Assembly: GCA_963802255.1 (NCBI GenBank) | Contig: CAWDHY010000002.1 | Location: 4,867-68,866, forward strand | Origin: Candidatus Magasanikiibacteriota bacterium | GTDB taxonomy: Bacteria; Patescibacteriota; Patescibacteriia; Magasanikbacterales; GWA2-37-8 | Reading direction: 5' to 3' | DNA length: 64,000 nucleotides | Notes under the pieces: generated by a model | Database searches by the model: none | What the model saw: only the letters and a program-made list of their open reading frames with translations | Told to the model about the DNA's origin: nothing | Program-made: the position numbers and the translations under genes | Shown: positions 1 to 7,747 of the stretch, piece after piece | Layout of the letters: each line of letters opens with the position of its first letter | Position numbering within the stretch: the first letter of the stretch is position 1

Positions 1-323
1 TTAGCGCCGTATTTCTCACGATAAAACGCCTGCACTTGTGATATTTTAGCCCGGCTGAATTCCACTTCCATATCGTGCACGCGGTCACTGTCGCTTTCAA
101 CGTCTTCGGCTGAATAGAGTTCGCCGGCATAACCTGCCATATTGAGCGAGCCGTCGGAATGCAAAAATTTACGCAGGCCGTGTTTTGCCAGTGTTTCCTT
201 GTTTACCCGCTCGGAAATTTCCCGCATCATAACAGAAAGCTTTTCAGTGTAATTTTCACGGGCCTTGGGTTTTTCGCGCGGTTTCAGGCGACTAAGCGGG
301 ACGAATTCCCTTTTTCCTTCCAT
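1..323 (-). CDS. hypothetical protein, runs off the window edge (MEGKREFVPLSRLKPREKPKARENYTEKLSVMMREISERV...)
   Basis: Manual translation: open frame from ATG at 323 to the window edge, with TATAAT (rc attata 364-369) upstream. Absent from the ORF track because its stop lies outside the window. Confidence 0.7.
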   Translation of the reverse strand, partial: MEGKREFVPLSRLKPREKPKARENYTEKLSVMMREISERVNKETLAKHGLRKFLHSDGSLNMAGYAGELYSAEDVESDSDRVHDMEVEFSRAKISQVQAFYREKYGA

Positions 324-430
324 AATAGAGGTTTTTATCCGAAATTAACTGTAAAACGTGACATTATTATACCTCTTTTTTGCCTGTGGAGTCAAAAGAA
401 TCAGACCCTCTACATATCACGATAATACCA

Positions 431-459
431 TTGATAAAAAGCCAATATCGTGCTATGGT
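431..459 (+). promoter_or_regulatory. sigma70-type promoter TTGATA-17-TATGGT (extended TG)
   Basis: Motif match upstream of the 515 ORF, followed by boxA-like AGTTCTCTGACAA (468-480) and SD AAGGAG. Confidence 0.55.
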
Positions 460-514
460 AACAGCCGAGTTCTCTGACAATTAAAGCAACAAATGCCTGC
501 AAAAGGAGTAGCGC

Positions 515-1411
515 ATGGGAAACGAGATGCCCGTATGGTTAGAGGCGATCGTCGCTGAATGGACGAAGTTCCTCAAGAAGCTTTTCAAGTTTTTGGTAAA
601 GGCGGCCATCGTCATATTCATCTTGCTCGTCATCGCCTGGACCGTGATCTATTTCGTCGGCAAATCTTTTTCGGACAAAATCATGGATCCGGCGAACGGT
701 GAACTCGTGACCATCGCGAGTGCTCTGCCGCTCGCATGCTCCATTGAAGAAGCGGAAAACAGCGAGGACGATTTTGATGAGCTGGCGCAGTTCATCTCGG
801 TCGTTGAGGAACAGAAGGCGAAATGCGGCAGTTCGATGGCGAAAGCCCTCGGCTGTTACCAGGATGCGATGAAAGAGTTCGACGAACCAATGACCTACGT
901 GGAAATCGCGAAAAAGGGCAAACGGCTCTATTCCGCCCAGAAGAAACTGAAAAATCTCCTGGCGCGCACTGTCGCGAGGCTGAAAGCGATAGAAACATAC
1001 GACGACCACAGCGCGGCGCTCAAGAAGGAAATCGTATCGCTCGCATCCTACATAAACAACCATGCCGATATTTTTAGTATGATAACCAACGGCGAAAAGA
1101 TGTCGGAGGAAGTGGAACGGCGGTACACGGAGATAGCGGAGGGAGAAAATCTGAAGGCCGTATCCGACGACCTGAGCGAAAAGTATCCGGACGCGATTGT
1201 CTTTATCTTTCCCACATTCCTCTCTTTCCCCGCTTTCCTCGCCATGGATAAGGGTGTGGAAGAAGCGATGCTGGAACGGTCTGAAGTGTACAGAAAGGCA
1301 AAAACCGAAGGATGCCTGAAAGACGACGACTCAGAAGGTATCTACCTGGTTCCTGCCATTGCTATCGCCATAAACAACGCGTTCAATATTGTTATCAACG
1401 CGGAAGATTGA
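515..1411 (+). CDS. hypothetical membrane-anchored helical protein
   Basis: 298-aa ORF with an N-terminal TM (AAIVIFILLVIAWTVIYFV), SD AAGGAG and GC-rich codons. No recognisable family. Confidence 0.75.
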   Translation: MGNEMPVWLEAIVAEWTKFLKKLFKFLVKAAIVIFILLVIAWTVIYFVGKSFSDKIMDPANGELVTIASALPLACSIEEAENSEDDFDELAQFISVVEEQKAKCGSSMAKALGCYQDAMKEFDEPMTYVEIAKKGKRLYSAQKKLKNLLARTVARLKAIETYDDHSAALKKEIVSLASYINNHADIFSMITNGEKMSEEVERRYTEIAEGENLKAVSDDLSEKYPDAIVFIFPTFLSFPAFLAMDKGVEEAMLERSEVYRKAKTEGCLKDDDSEGIYLVPAIAIAINNAFNIVINAED

Positions 1412-1436
1412 ACGGCGCCCGGTTACGGGAGGACAA

Positions 1437-1646
1437 ATGAAGGAAAAGGATAGTACAGTCAGGAGGTACTTGATTACCTGCACGAAATGCGGAGCGAGTG
1501 GCGTTGTTTACGCCTTGGATCTGGACGATGTGAGAAAACAAGCCGAGCAGATGCACGCTAATTTTCTGAGAATTTACGAAGTGAAATGCACCACAAAGGC
1601 TGTTTTCCGTGTGTGTTGCCCCCTAGGCTCATTTATAGAGCTTTAG
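1437..1646 (+). CDS. small Cys-rich hypothetical protein (CTKC; possible Zn ribbon)
   Basis: SD GGAGG 5 nt before ATG 1437 (preferred over the 1389 start). MKEKDSTVRRYLITCTKCG... Confidence 0.6.
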   Translation: MKEKDSTVRRYLITCTKCGASGVVYALDLDDVRKQAEQMHANFLRIYEVKCTTKAVFRVCCPLGSFIEL

Positions 1647-1689
1647 CGCGGATATGGAAACCGCGACCAATAATAATAGTACCTTGATT

Positions 1690-1725
1690 CCCCCGTCACT
1701 TGTTATGGCGGGGGTTTTCTTTTTT
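1690..1725 (+). terminator. intrinsic terminator
   Basis: CCCCCGTCA-loop-TGGCGGGGG followed by TTTTCTTTTTT. Confidence 0.75.
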
Positions 1726-1802
1726 AAAAAAATAAAAACGCCTGCGAGATTCAGTTTTTTGGAGGAAAGTCAATGTTACCAGCATATCTCCGACACACGC
1801 TC

Positions 1803-1831
1803 TTGACAAAACCTCTATTTTATGCTATACT
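1803..1831 (+). promoter_or_regulatory. sigma70 promoter of cspA, TTGACA-17-TATACT
   Basis: Near-consensus with extended TG. 5'UTR hairpin at 1875-1896. Confidence 0.75.
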
Positions 1832-1917
1832 ATCTATCTAAAAAGTTAGTCTCCAAGTAGAAACTAGTCGAATTTCTGCAGAGGCCACTTTGCAGATTTA
1901 TTCACTATTTTCTATCT

Positions 1918-2121
1918 ATGAACGGAAAAATTCAAAGATTGACAGATAAGGGTTTTGGTTTCATTGCTCCTGAAGGGAGCACTGATGGGAAGGATCTTTT
2001 CTTCCACTCCACCGCCCTTGTAGGCGTTACCTTCGACGAATTACGCGAAGGCGATGCCGTGACCTTTGAGACCGAGCAATCGGATAAAGGTCCTCGCGCG
2101 ATCAACGTGACCCGCGTCTAA
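1918..2121 (+). CDS. cspA: cold-shock protein
   Basis: RNP1 KGFGFI, RNP2 LFFH, C-terminal KGPRAINV; 67 aa. Confidence 0.95.
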   Translation: MNGKIQRLTDKGFGFIAPEGSTDGKDLFFHSTALVGVTFDELREGDAVTFETEQSDKGPRAINVTRV

Positions 2122-2133
2122 CCATCTGTTACT

Positions 2134-2162
2134 AAAAAACTCCGCTGAAAAGCGGAGTTTTT
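2134..2162. terminator. bidirectional intrinsic terminator
   Basis: AAAAACTCCGCT-gaaa-AGCGGAGTTTTT between convergent genes. Confidence 0.85.
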
Positions 2163-2179
2163 GTTTACCCAATTAAATT

Positions 2180-3571
2180 TTAATCCCGCAAAAACTCGGA
2201 CACGACCGGGTCGGTAATAATATGCCGGGGCATAAGCGGTTGAATAAGGATAATTCCTTCAAGCGAAGTACAACGCGACAAAGCGACATATAGCTGGCCG
2301 GAAGCAAACATCCCCCGCCCGATATCCAAGACCACGCGGTCAAATGTTTTACCCTGCGCTTTGTGAATCGTCACCGCCCAGGCAAGTTTGAGAGGCAGTT
2401 GGGTGAAGGCGCCGATTTCTTCCGCTTCAATTTTTTGTTGTGAAACATTGAAATGATAATGGTGTGCCTTCCAGGTGTATGGTTCAACTTCCACCACTTC
2501 CCCATCCGACAGTTTTACACTTACGCCCGGGGAGCCGTAATTACTTTTTTTAAAATCAACCACGCGCCCGATTGTGCCATTGACCCAGCGTTTGGCGGAA
2601 TCGTTATTGATAAGCATCACCTGCGCGCCGACTTTGAGTTGCAATATTTCATCAGTCGGATAAGCGCGGTCGTCAAAATGTCCGTATGAGCTAGCTTTGA
2701 ATGATTGAGGTTTGCCGGACAAGCGGTTTAAACGTGCGCCGTTTATTTCCGCCGCCGCCTGATTGGTGGCAGTGAGATATATGCGATAGTCCTCATCACT
2801 CAATTGAAAATTTTGGTCGTGTCGTTCATTAAGCTCGGCCAGATCTTCGGCAGTCGCCTCGTTATCGCGCACACGATTCAGTAAACGGATAAAGTTCGCG
2901 TCTTTCTGACGGTGAACTTCATTGAGTTCAAATTTTATAAAATCATTGGATGGTCCGACCAACTGCCGGTCGCGCAAAACATTGGCGGAAAAAAAATATG
3001 GCGTGCGGTACAAAGAGAAAAAAGCTTCGCGCTCGGCTTCGGTGATAACCGGTGGTAATTGACACATGTCGCCAAAGACAACGAGCCGGGCACCGCCAAA
3101 CGCCCGGCCGCGTTCACGGCCGTTCAGACGCATAAATTTATCCACGCAATCGAGCAGGTCGGCGCGCACCATGGAAACTTCATCAATCACAATGGACTCA
3201 ATTTTTTTATACATATTTTCCGCGCCCTCTTTAATATAATGGCGCCGGATATCGGCCGGAGTAATGCCCGGATGAAAACCGAAAAACGAATGTATAGTCT
3301 GACCGCGGACATTAAGCGCGGCCACGCCGGTCGGCGCGAGTACAACAATATTTTGTTTGGTTTTAGCACGCCAATAATCGAGTAAAGTGGATTTTCCTGT
3401 ACCGGCCCGTCCGGTGATAAAAATATTTTCCGGATTGTTTTCAAGCGCATCAAGCACGGTCCGCCATTCATCATTTATGGTTAGGTGATCAAAACGGCCG
3501 GCGTCTTCTTTGACCGGACGCACGGCGTATGCTTTTTCTTTTTTCTTTTTCTTGGCGTATTTTTTGTACAT
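2180..3571 (-). CDS. Pif1/RecD-like SF1B 5'-3' DNA helicase
   Basis: GRAGTGKS Walker A, APTGVAA, DEVSM, GDMCQLPPV, LKVGAQVML, LAWAVTIHKAQG, YVALSR. Confidence 0.92.
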   Translation of the reverse strand: MYKKYAKKKKKEKAYAVRPVKEDAGRFDHLTINDEWRTVLDALENNPENIFITGRAGTGKSTLLDYWRAKTKQNIVVLAPTGVAALNVRGQTIHSFFGFHPGITPADIRRHYIKEGAENMYKKIESIVIDEVSMVRADLLDCVDKFMRLNGRERGRAFGGARLVVFGDMCQLPPVITEAEREAFFSLYRTPYFFSANVLRDRQLVGPSNDFIKFELNEVHRQKDANFIRLLNRVRDNEATAEDLAELNERHDQNFQLSDEDYRIYLTATNQAAAEINGARLNRLSGKPQSFKASSYGHFDDRAYPTDEILQLKVGAQVMLINNDSAKRWVNGTIGRVVDFKKSNYGSPGVSVKLSDGEVVEVEPYTWKAHHYHFNVSQQKIEAEEIGAFTQLPLKLAWAVTIHKAQGKTFDRVVLDIGRGMFASGQLYVALSRCTSLEGIILIQPLMPRHIITDPVVSEFLRD

Positions 3572-3598
3572 AATTTTTGGGCATTTAACAGGGTGAAG

Positions 3599-3607
3599 TT
3601 ATCCACA
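3599..3607 (+). promoter_or_regulatory. DnaA box TTATCCACA (further TTATACACA boxes at 3668-3676 and 3748-3756)
   Basis: Exact match to consensus TTATNCACA three times in one 197-bp intergenic region. Confidence 0.5.
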
Positions 3608-3637
3608 TTGACAAGGTGAACACTTGTTCACTATACT
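3608..3637 (+). promoter_or_regulatory. lexA-dinB promoter TTGACA-18-TATACT with LexA operator GTGAAC-ACTT-GTTCAC (3616-3631)
   Basis: Perfect palindrome containing GAAC-N4-GTTC (Gram-positive-type SOS box core) between -35 and -10. Confidence 0.8.
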
Positions 3638-3685
3638 ACCACATAGAGGATAGGTGGACAATATTACTTATACACAAGCTAAAAT

Positions 3686-3740
3686 CGTCATTCCGAACTT
3701 GTTTCGGAATCTTAGATCCTGAAATAAATTCAGGATGACA
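3686..3740. repeat. REP-like double-hairpin palindrome (CGTC-tagged type)
   Basis: GTCAT-TCCGAA-cttgt-TTCGGA-ATCT-t-AGAT-CCTGAA-ataaa-TTCAGG-ATGAC: two related hairpins in inverted orientation. Confidence 0.65.
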
Positions 3741-3768
3741 ACAAACATTATACACAACTATTATCTAT

Positions 3769-4341
3769 ATGGGAAAAAACTACCTGGGGTTTTTCAACAA
3801 ATTCTATAAAAGCAAACGGCGACTACCGAGCTACCGCGAATTTATGGCACTCTCCGGACTCAAGTCAACCAATGCGGTGCATAAAATCGTAGCGAAACTG
3901 GTTGACGAAGGTTTTTTGCGCCGTGATGACGGTGGACGATTGGCGCCGGGACGCAGATTTTTGGAATTGCCTCTTTTAGGCGATATTGCCGCCGGCTTCC
4001 CTACTCCGGCCGAAGAAGAATTGTGCGACACCATGAGTTTGGACGAATACTTAATCGGACGCAAAGAAGCAACATATATGCTCAAAGTCAGCGGCGATTC
4101 CATGATTGAAGCCGGAATAATGCCGGGCGATTTGGTTCTGGTGGAACGCGGACGCCAACCGCGCGACGGAGATGTGGTAGTAGCCGAAGTGGACCACGCC
4201 TGGACTTTAAAATATTTTAAAAAAACCGGAGAAAAAATTACGCTCATGCCGGCTAACCGCCGTTATCAGCCAATTGTGCCGACCGAAGAATTAAATATCG
4301 CGGCAGTGGTGGTGGGAGCGGTACGCAAATACAAAGTTTAA
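3769..4341 (+). CDS. lexA: LexA repressor (wHTH + S24 peptidase)
   Basis: PSYRE...LxxxGFL wHTH, Ala-Gly cleavage site (IAAGFP), catalytic GDSM and TLK. Confidence 0.9.
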   Translation: MGKNYLGFFNKFYKSKRRLPSYREFMALSGLKSTNAVHKIVAKLVDEGFLRRDDGGRLAPGRRFLELPLLGDIAAGFPTPAEEELCDTMSLDEYLIGRKEATYMLKVSGDSMIEAGIMPGDLVLVERGRQPRDGDVVVAEVDHAWTLKYFKKTGEKITLMPANRRYQPIVPTEELNIAAVVVGAVRKYKV

Positions 4342-4343
4342 GT

Positions 4344-5642
4344 ATGTTCGCCATTTCTTCATTCCCCAAAGCAATACTGCACGTCGATGGCGACGCGTTT
4401 TTTGCTTCATGCGAACAATCGCGCCATCCCGAACTTAAAGGCAAACCGGTGGTAACCGGCAAAGAACGCGGAATCGCTTCGTCTATGAGTTATGAAGCCA
4501 AGGCGCGTGGAGTAACCCGCGGTATGCCTCTGTTTCAAATCCGCCGGGTTTGCCCTGACGCGGTTATTTTGCCGTCTGACTATGAAACCTATTCCCTGCT
4601 CTCCCGCCGTTTGTACGCCATTGTACGGCGCTACACGCATGCTGTAGAAGAATATGGAATAGACGAATGCTTTGCCGACCTTACCGGTTATGGCAACAAG
4701 CACGGCTCGGGATACACGCAAATAGCGGAAAAAATTAAACAAAATTTAGACAGTGAGCTGGGGTTCACTTTTTCTGTGGGGCTGGCGCCAAGCAAAGTGC
4801 TGGCTAAAGTCGGTTCCAAATGGAAAAAACCGTCCGGCCTGACTGTTATATCCACGCGCGACCGCTGGAGATTTTTGGATAAATGGCCGGCGGAAAAAGT
4901 TTGGGGTATCGGTCCGGCCACTGCCACTTTTTTAAAAAGACATAATTTTTTTATGGCCGGTGATTTTGCCCGTGCTAACGAATGGTGGGTAAAAAATAAT
5001 CTTTCCCGGCCGTTTTGGGAAATCTGGCAGGAATTAAACGGTGCTTCAGTAATGCCTTTGCATATGGAAGAAAAGTCATCATATTATTCAGTTCAAAAAT
5101 TTAAGACATTCACTCCGCCGAGCACTGATCCTGATTTTATTTTTTCACAGCTTTCCAAAAATATTGAAAACGCCTGTATCAAAGCACGACGGCATAAACT
5201 GATCGCCGGAACCATGGCTATAGTTTTAAGGACGCAGGACTTCCGTCATTTTGGCGCTGAGTTTAAATTATCGCGTCCGTCGGCCATGCCACAAGAAATT
5301 ATTGCGTCATCGCGCGATGTTTTTTCTTCTCTACTCCGGCGAGGCGTTCAGTACCGCGCCACCGGTATCATACTGGCAGATTTAAATCCGGCTGTAATCC
5401 AACCTGACTTGTTTACTTCGGGCGCGCAAATGCAAAAAATGGTGAAGCTATATGAAAGCGTAGATGAGCTGGCAAAAAAATACGGCAAGCATGCTATTTT
5501 TTTGGGCTCCAGTTTTGAAGCGCAGAAATTCGGAGCACATCTCGGCGACCGCGGTGACACGCCGGTACGACACAGCGACAAACTTTTCGGTGAAACCAAA
5601 CGTAAACGGCTGGGTATTCCGATGCTGTTTGCAGAAGTATAA
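4344..5642 (+). CDS. dinB: Y-family DNA polymerase (Pol IV / UmuC-like)
   Basis: HVDGDAFFASCEQ, SYEAKARGV, YGIDECF, KPSGL, VWGIG. Starts 2 nt after lexA. Confidence 0.92.
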   Translation: MFAISSFPKAILHVDGDAFFASCEQSRHPELKGKPVVTGKERGIASSMSYEAKARGVTRGMPLFQIRRVCPDAVILPSDYETYSLLSRRLYAIVRRYTHAVEEYGIDECFADLTGYGNKHGSGYTQIAEKIKQNLDSELGFTFSVGLAPSKVLAKVGSKWKKPSGLTVISTRDRWRFLDKWPAEKVWGIGPATATFLKRHNFFMAGDFARANEWWVKNNLSRPFWEIWQELNGASVMPLHMEEKSSYYSVQKFKTFTPPSTDPDFIFSQLSKNIENACIKARRHKLIAGTMAIVLRTQDFRHFGAEFKLSRPSAMPQEIIASSRDVFSSLLRRGVQYRATGIILADLNPAVIQPDLFTSGAQMQKMVKLYESVDELAKKYGKHAIFLGSSFEAQKFGAHLGDRGDTPVRHSDKLFGETKRKRLGIPMLFAEV

Positions 5643-5670
5643 AAAAACGCCGGCGATTAAATCACCGGCG
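5641..5670 (-). terminator. intrinsic terminator
   Basis: On minus strand CGCCGGTGAT-tta-ATCGCCGGCG followed by TTTTTTT. Confidence 0.7.
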
Positions 5671-5708
5671 CGGGAAGGAACGCTTGAACAATATTTAATG
5701 AACGATGG

Positions 5709-6146
5709 TCAGTTAAGAATGAACTTGCCTTTGGCGGGCGGTGTCTCAGGGGTGGATGTCAGAATATCTACGCATTCAAAGTACACGTTGAGTGGCTTGA
5801 ACATTGCAGCAACGGCATCATCACTAATTGCCTGCTTGGTGGTAGTCTTCAAAATCACCGCTGAAATTTTTTCGGTAATATTTGATACGGTCCTGAAACG
5901 TGTCAAAACCCGATCCAAAGCATCTCCTACTTCCTGTAGATCTGACATCTCCAATGCTGAATGTAAAAACTTGGTCTCTTCAGCATTAAGATTGAATGTA
6001 CTATTTACCATGGCGATAGCGACCTTGCCAATTTGCTTGGAAAAAAATGGCTGGCTGATAAATCCTTTTCCACGAATAAATCCACAGGGCTTCCTAAAGG
6101 TATCGGCGTCGTAAATAAACCAGGCACGCGCGATAAACAACCCCAT
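5709..6146 (-). CDS. hypothetical protein (145 aa)
   Basis: Perfect SD TAAGGAGGTG before ATG 6146, own promoter TTGACA-17-TATTCT (6214-6186) and own terminator. Confidence 0.7.
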   Translation of the reverse strand: MGLFIARAWFIYDADTFRKPCGFIRGKGFISQPFFSKQIGKVAIAMVNSTFNLNAEETKFLHSALEMSDLQEVGDALDRVLTRFRTVSNITEKISAVILKTTTKQAISDDAVAAMFKPLNVYFECVDILTSTPETPPAKGKFILN

Positions 6147-6185
6147 GTCGCACCTCCTTATTATTTTTTTACAGAATGTTACAAC

Positions 6186-6261
6186 AGAATATCAGTTTTT
6201 TTGTCATTTGTCAATATTACACCTGCTAATCTTGACAAAAAGACTTAAAAAATCGTACAAT
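6186..6261. promoter_or_regulatory. back-to-back sigma70 promoters
   Basis: Minus: TTGACA(6214-6209)-17-TATTCT. Plus: TTGACA(6232-6237)-18-TACAAT. Confidence 0.7.
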
Positions 6262-6300
6262 GCAAAAAACAAAAACTATAGAATAAAGAAGGAGGAAAAA

Positions 6301-6762
6301 ATGAGTTTGCATGAAATGGCAATGTTCTACGCAGAATGCATGGCCGGCCTAAAAAAACAGATGCGCATCCCTCCAAAACGGCACGTCCGCGTACTCCTGA
6401 TCGATGACTGCGAAATCGCGATTGCCGGAGTACGCACCCTTCTCGGCCACTGGAACAACCTCGGGCTTCTCACCGTCATCCAGACCGCTGGAAAGATGCC
6501 CTATTACGACCTGGACAGCGATATTGCTTTGGTCGATGAGGATTTGGACGGCACCACCGGCACGGTCGTTGCCGAAGATCTGCGCAATAAGATGCTCTAC
6601 GGCCCCATCGCTTCGATCGGGCAGAGCGAGGAAAAACCGCAGGGATTCAAGTATCATTTCAACCGCAAGATTCGTGTCGGTCTTTTCCTTCCGGATACGA
6701 AAGAGTTCATCGAGTTCATGAATTTGCTCATTGAAGAGGTTTTGCGCAACCGGATGGAATAA
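6301..6762 (+). CDS. stand-alone response-regulator receiver-like protein
   Basis: SD AAGGAGG before ATG 6301. VRVLLIDD ... DIALVDEDLDGTTG receiver pattern, no output domain. Confidence 0.7.
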   Translation: MSLHEMAMFYAECMAGLKKQMRIPPKRHVRVLLIDDCEIAIAGVRTLLGHWNNLGLLTVIQTAGKMPYYDLDSDIALVDEDLDGTTGTVVAEDLRNKMLYGPIASIGQSEEKPQGFKYHFNRKIRVGLFLPDTKEFIEFMNLLIEEVLRNRME

Positions 6763-6810
6763 CCGGCACGTGCGCAAAATTTAATTTCCGTTCCTTGGAT
6801 TTTATCCAAC

Positions 6811-6845
6811 AAGCCCCTACGCGACATTTGCGTCGGGGCTTTTTT
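6811..6845 (+). terminator. intrinsic terminator
   Basis: AAGCCCC.ACGC-loop-GCGT.GGGGCTT followed by a T tract. Confidence 0.75.
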
Positions 6846-6856
6846 ATTTTCGTATA

Positions 6857-6885
6857 TTGAAAAAATTTTAAAATCATGTTATACT
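6857..6885 (+). promoter_or_regulatory. sigma70 promoter TTGAAA-17-TATACT (extended TG)
   Basis: Upstream of the GNAT gene, followed by boxA-like GTTCATTGAACAA (6909-6921). Confidence 0.65.
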
Positions 6886-6982
6886 TTTTACGCTTTTAGG
6901 CAAAAAACGTTCATTGAACAATTCAAAGGCGACATACTATGAAAACAACGCATTTTCAACCTGATGTAAATGGAGGGCTCAG

Positions 6983-7729
6983 ATGAGTGAAAGGTCAAAA
7001 ATTGTTATCCGGCACGGCGTTGAAGGCGACGTCCCGGCTATCGTGTCGATTGAACAGCAGGCTTACGAGGGCACCGGCTGCGCGCCCTTTACCCGGGAAC
7101 ATGTCCATTGCTGGTTGGAAACTCATCCGGACGGATTCCTGGTGGCAGAAAAGAACGGAGAAGTAAAAGCATTCTGTTATCTTCAACTGATTGATTTCGA
7201 TCCCGGACATCAGATGACCTCCAAGACCTACGACGACCTCACCGACCACGGCTACTCGCGTTCCACACATAAACCGAATGGAAATTCGTTTTGCATGATT
7301 ACATTGGATTCCCTTTCACCGGGAGTCGGGCTGACTCTCATCAAAAACCTCGGCAAACACATTACAAGCCGTGGAAAACCGTATGCCGTAGGCACGTCAC
7401 GCATATCCGGCTTCGCCGCCTACTTGGAAAAGATCCATAATCTTGGTATAATAAACAAGAATCTTTTGGACAAAGATGCCGAGGTTAAGATCGCTCTCTG
7501 GTATGCGGCTCAAACTGTGAAACGGACTCGCGGCACATTTGACAGTACGTGCCCGCCAATTCCGAACATTGACCTGCCGGCGCCCGGAAAGTCTGATCCT
7601 GTTCTCGGTTTCTACACAGGGAACGGTCTTTCCATGCATTCTGTGTTCCCCGATTTCCTCGAAGACGCGCAAAGCCGCAACTTTTCGGTAATCGTTGTCT
7701 ACCGCAGCCCGTGTTGTTACCAACTCTGA
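6983..7729 (+). CDS. GNAT-family acyltransferase (YkwB-like)
   Basis: IRHGVEGDVPAIVSIEQQAY, HPDGFLVAE, TYDDLTDHGY..THKPNGN, RISGF, DPVLGFY, FLEDAQSRNF resemble the Bacillus YkwB-type GNAT pattern (recognised by eye). Confidence 0.75.
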   Translation: MSERSKIVIRHGVEGDVPAIVSIEQQAYEGTGCAPFTREHVHCWLETHPDGFLVAEKNGEVKAFCYLQLIDFDPGHQMTSKTYDDLTDHGYSRSTHKPNGNSFCMITLDSLSPGVGLTLIKNLGKHITSRGKPYAVGTSRISGFAAYLEKIHNLGIINKNLLDKDAEVKIALWYAAQTVKRTRGTFDSTCPPIPNIDLPAPGKSDPVLGFYTGNGLSMHSVFPDFLEDAQSRNFSVIVVYRSPCCYQL

Positions 7730-7747
7730 CCTACCATATATCAAACT

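Noticed and set aside
159-425. Plus-strand 88-aa ORF
   Set aside because: Shadow of the minus-strand gene 1-323 and its promoter.
1780-1789. CAGCATATCT shared with 58971-58980 upstream of two TTGACA promoters
   Set aside because: Different distances to the -35 and only two copies; likely chance.
3572-3768. Possible oriC because of DnaA boxes
   Set aside because: No dnaA/dnaN nearby, only three boxes, no clear unwinding element, and downstream genes mostly point toward rather than away from it. Kept only as a regulatory finding.
5464-6300. Plus-strand ORF 5464-6114 and the 6145 start of the receiver ORF
   Set aside because: The minus gene 5709-6146 and the 6301 start have strong SDs and promoters; the alternatives cross a terminator or promoter region.
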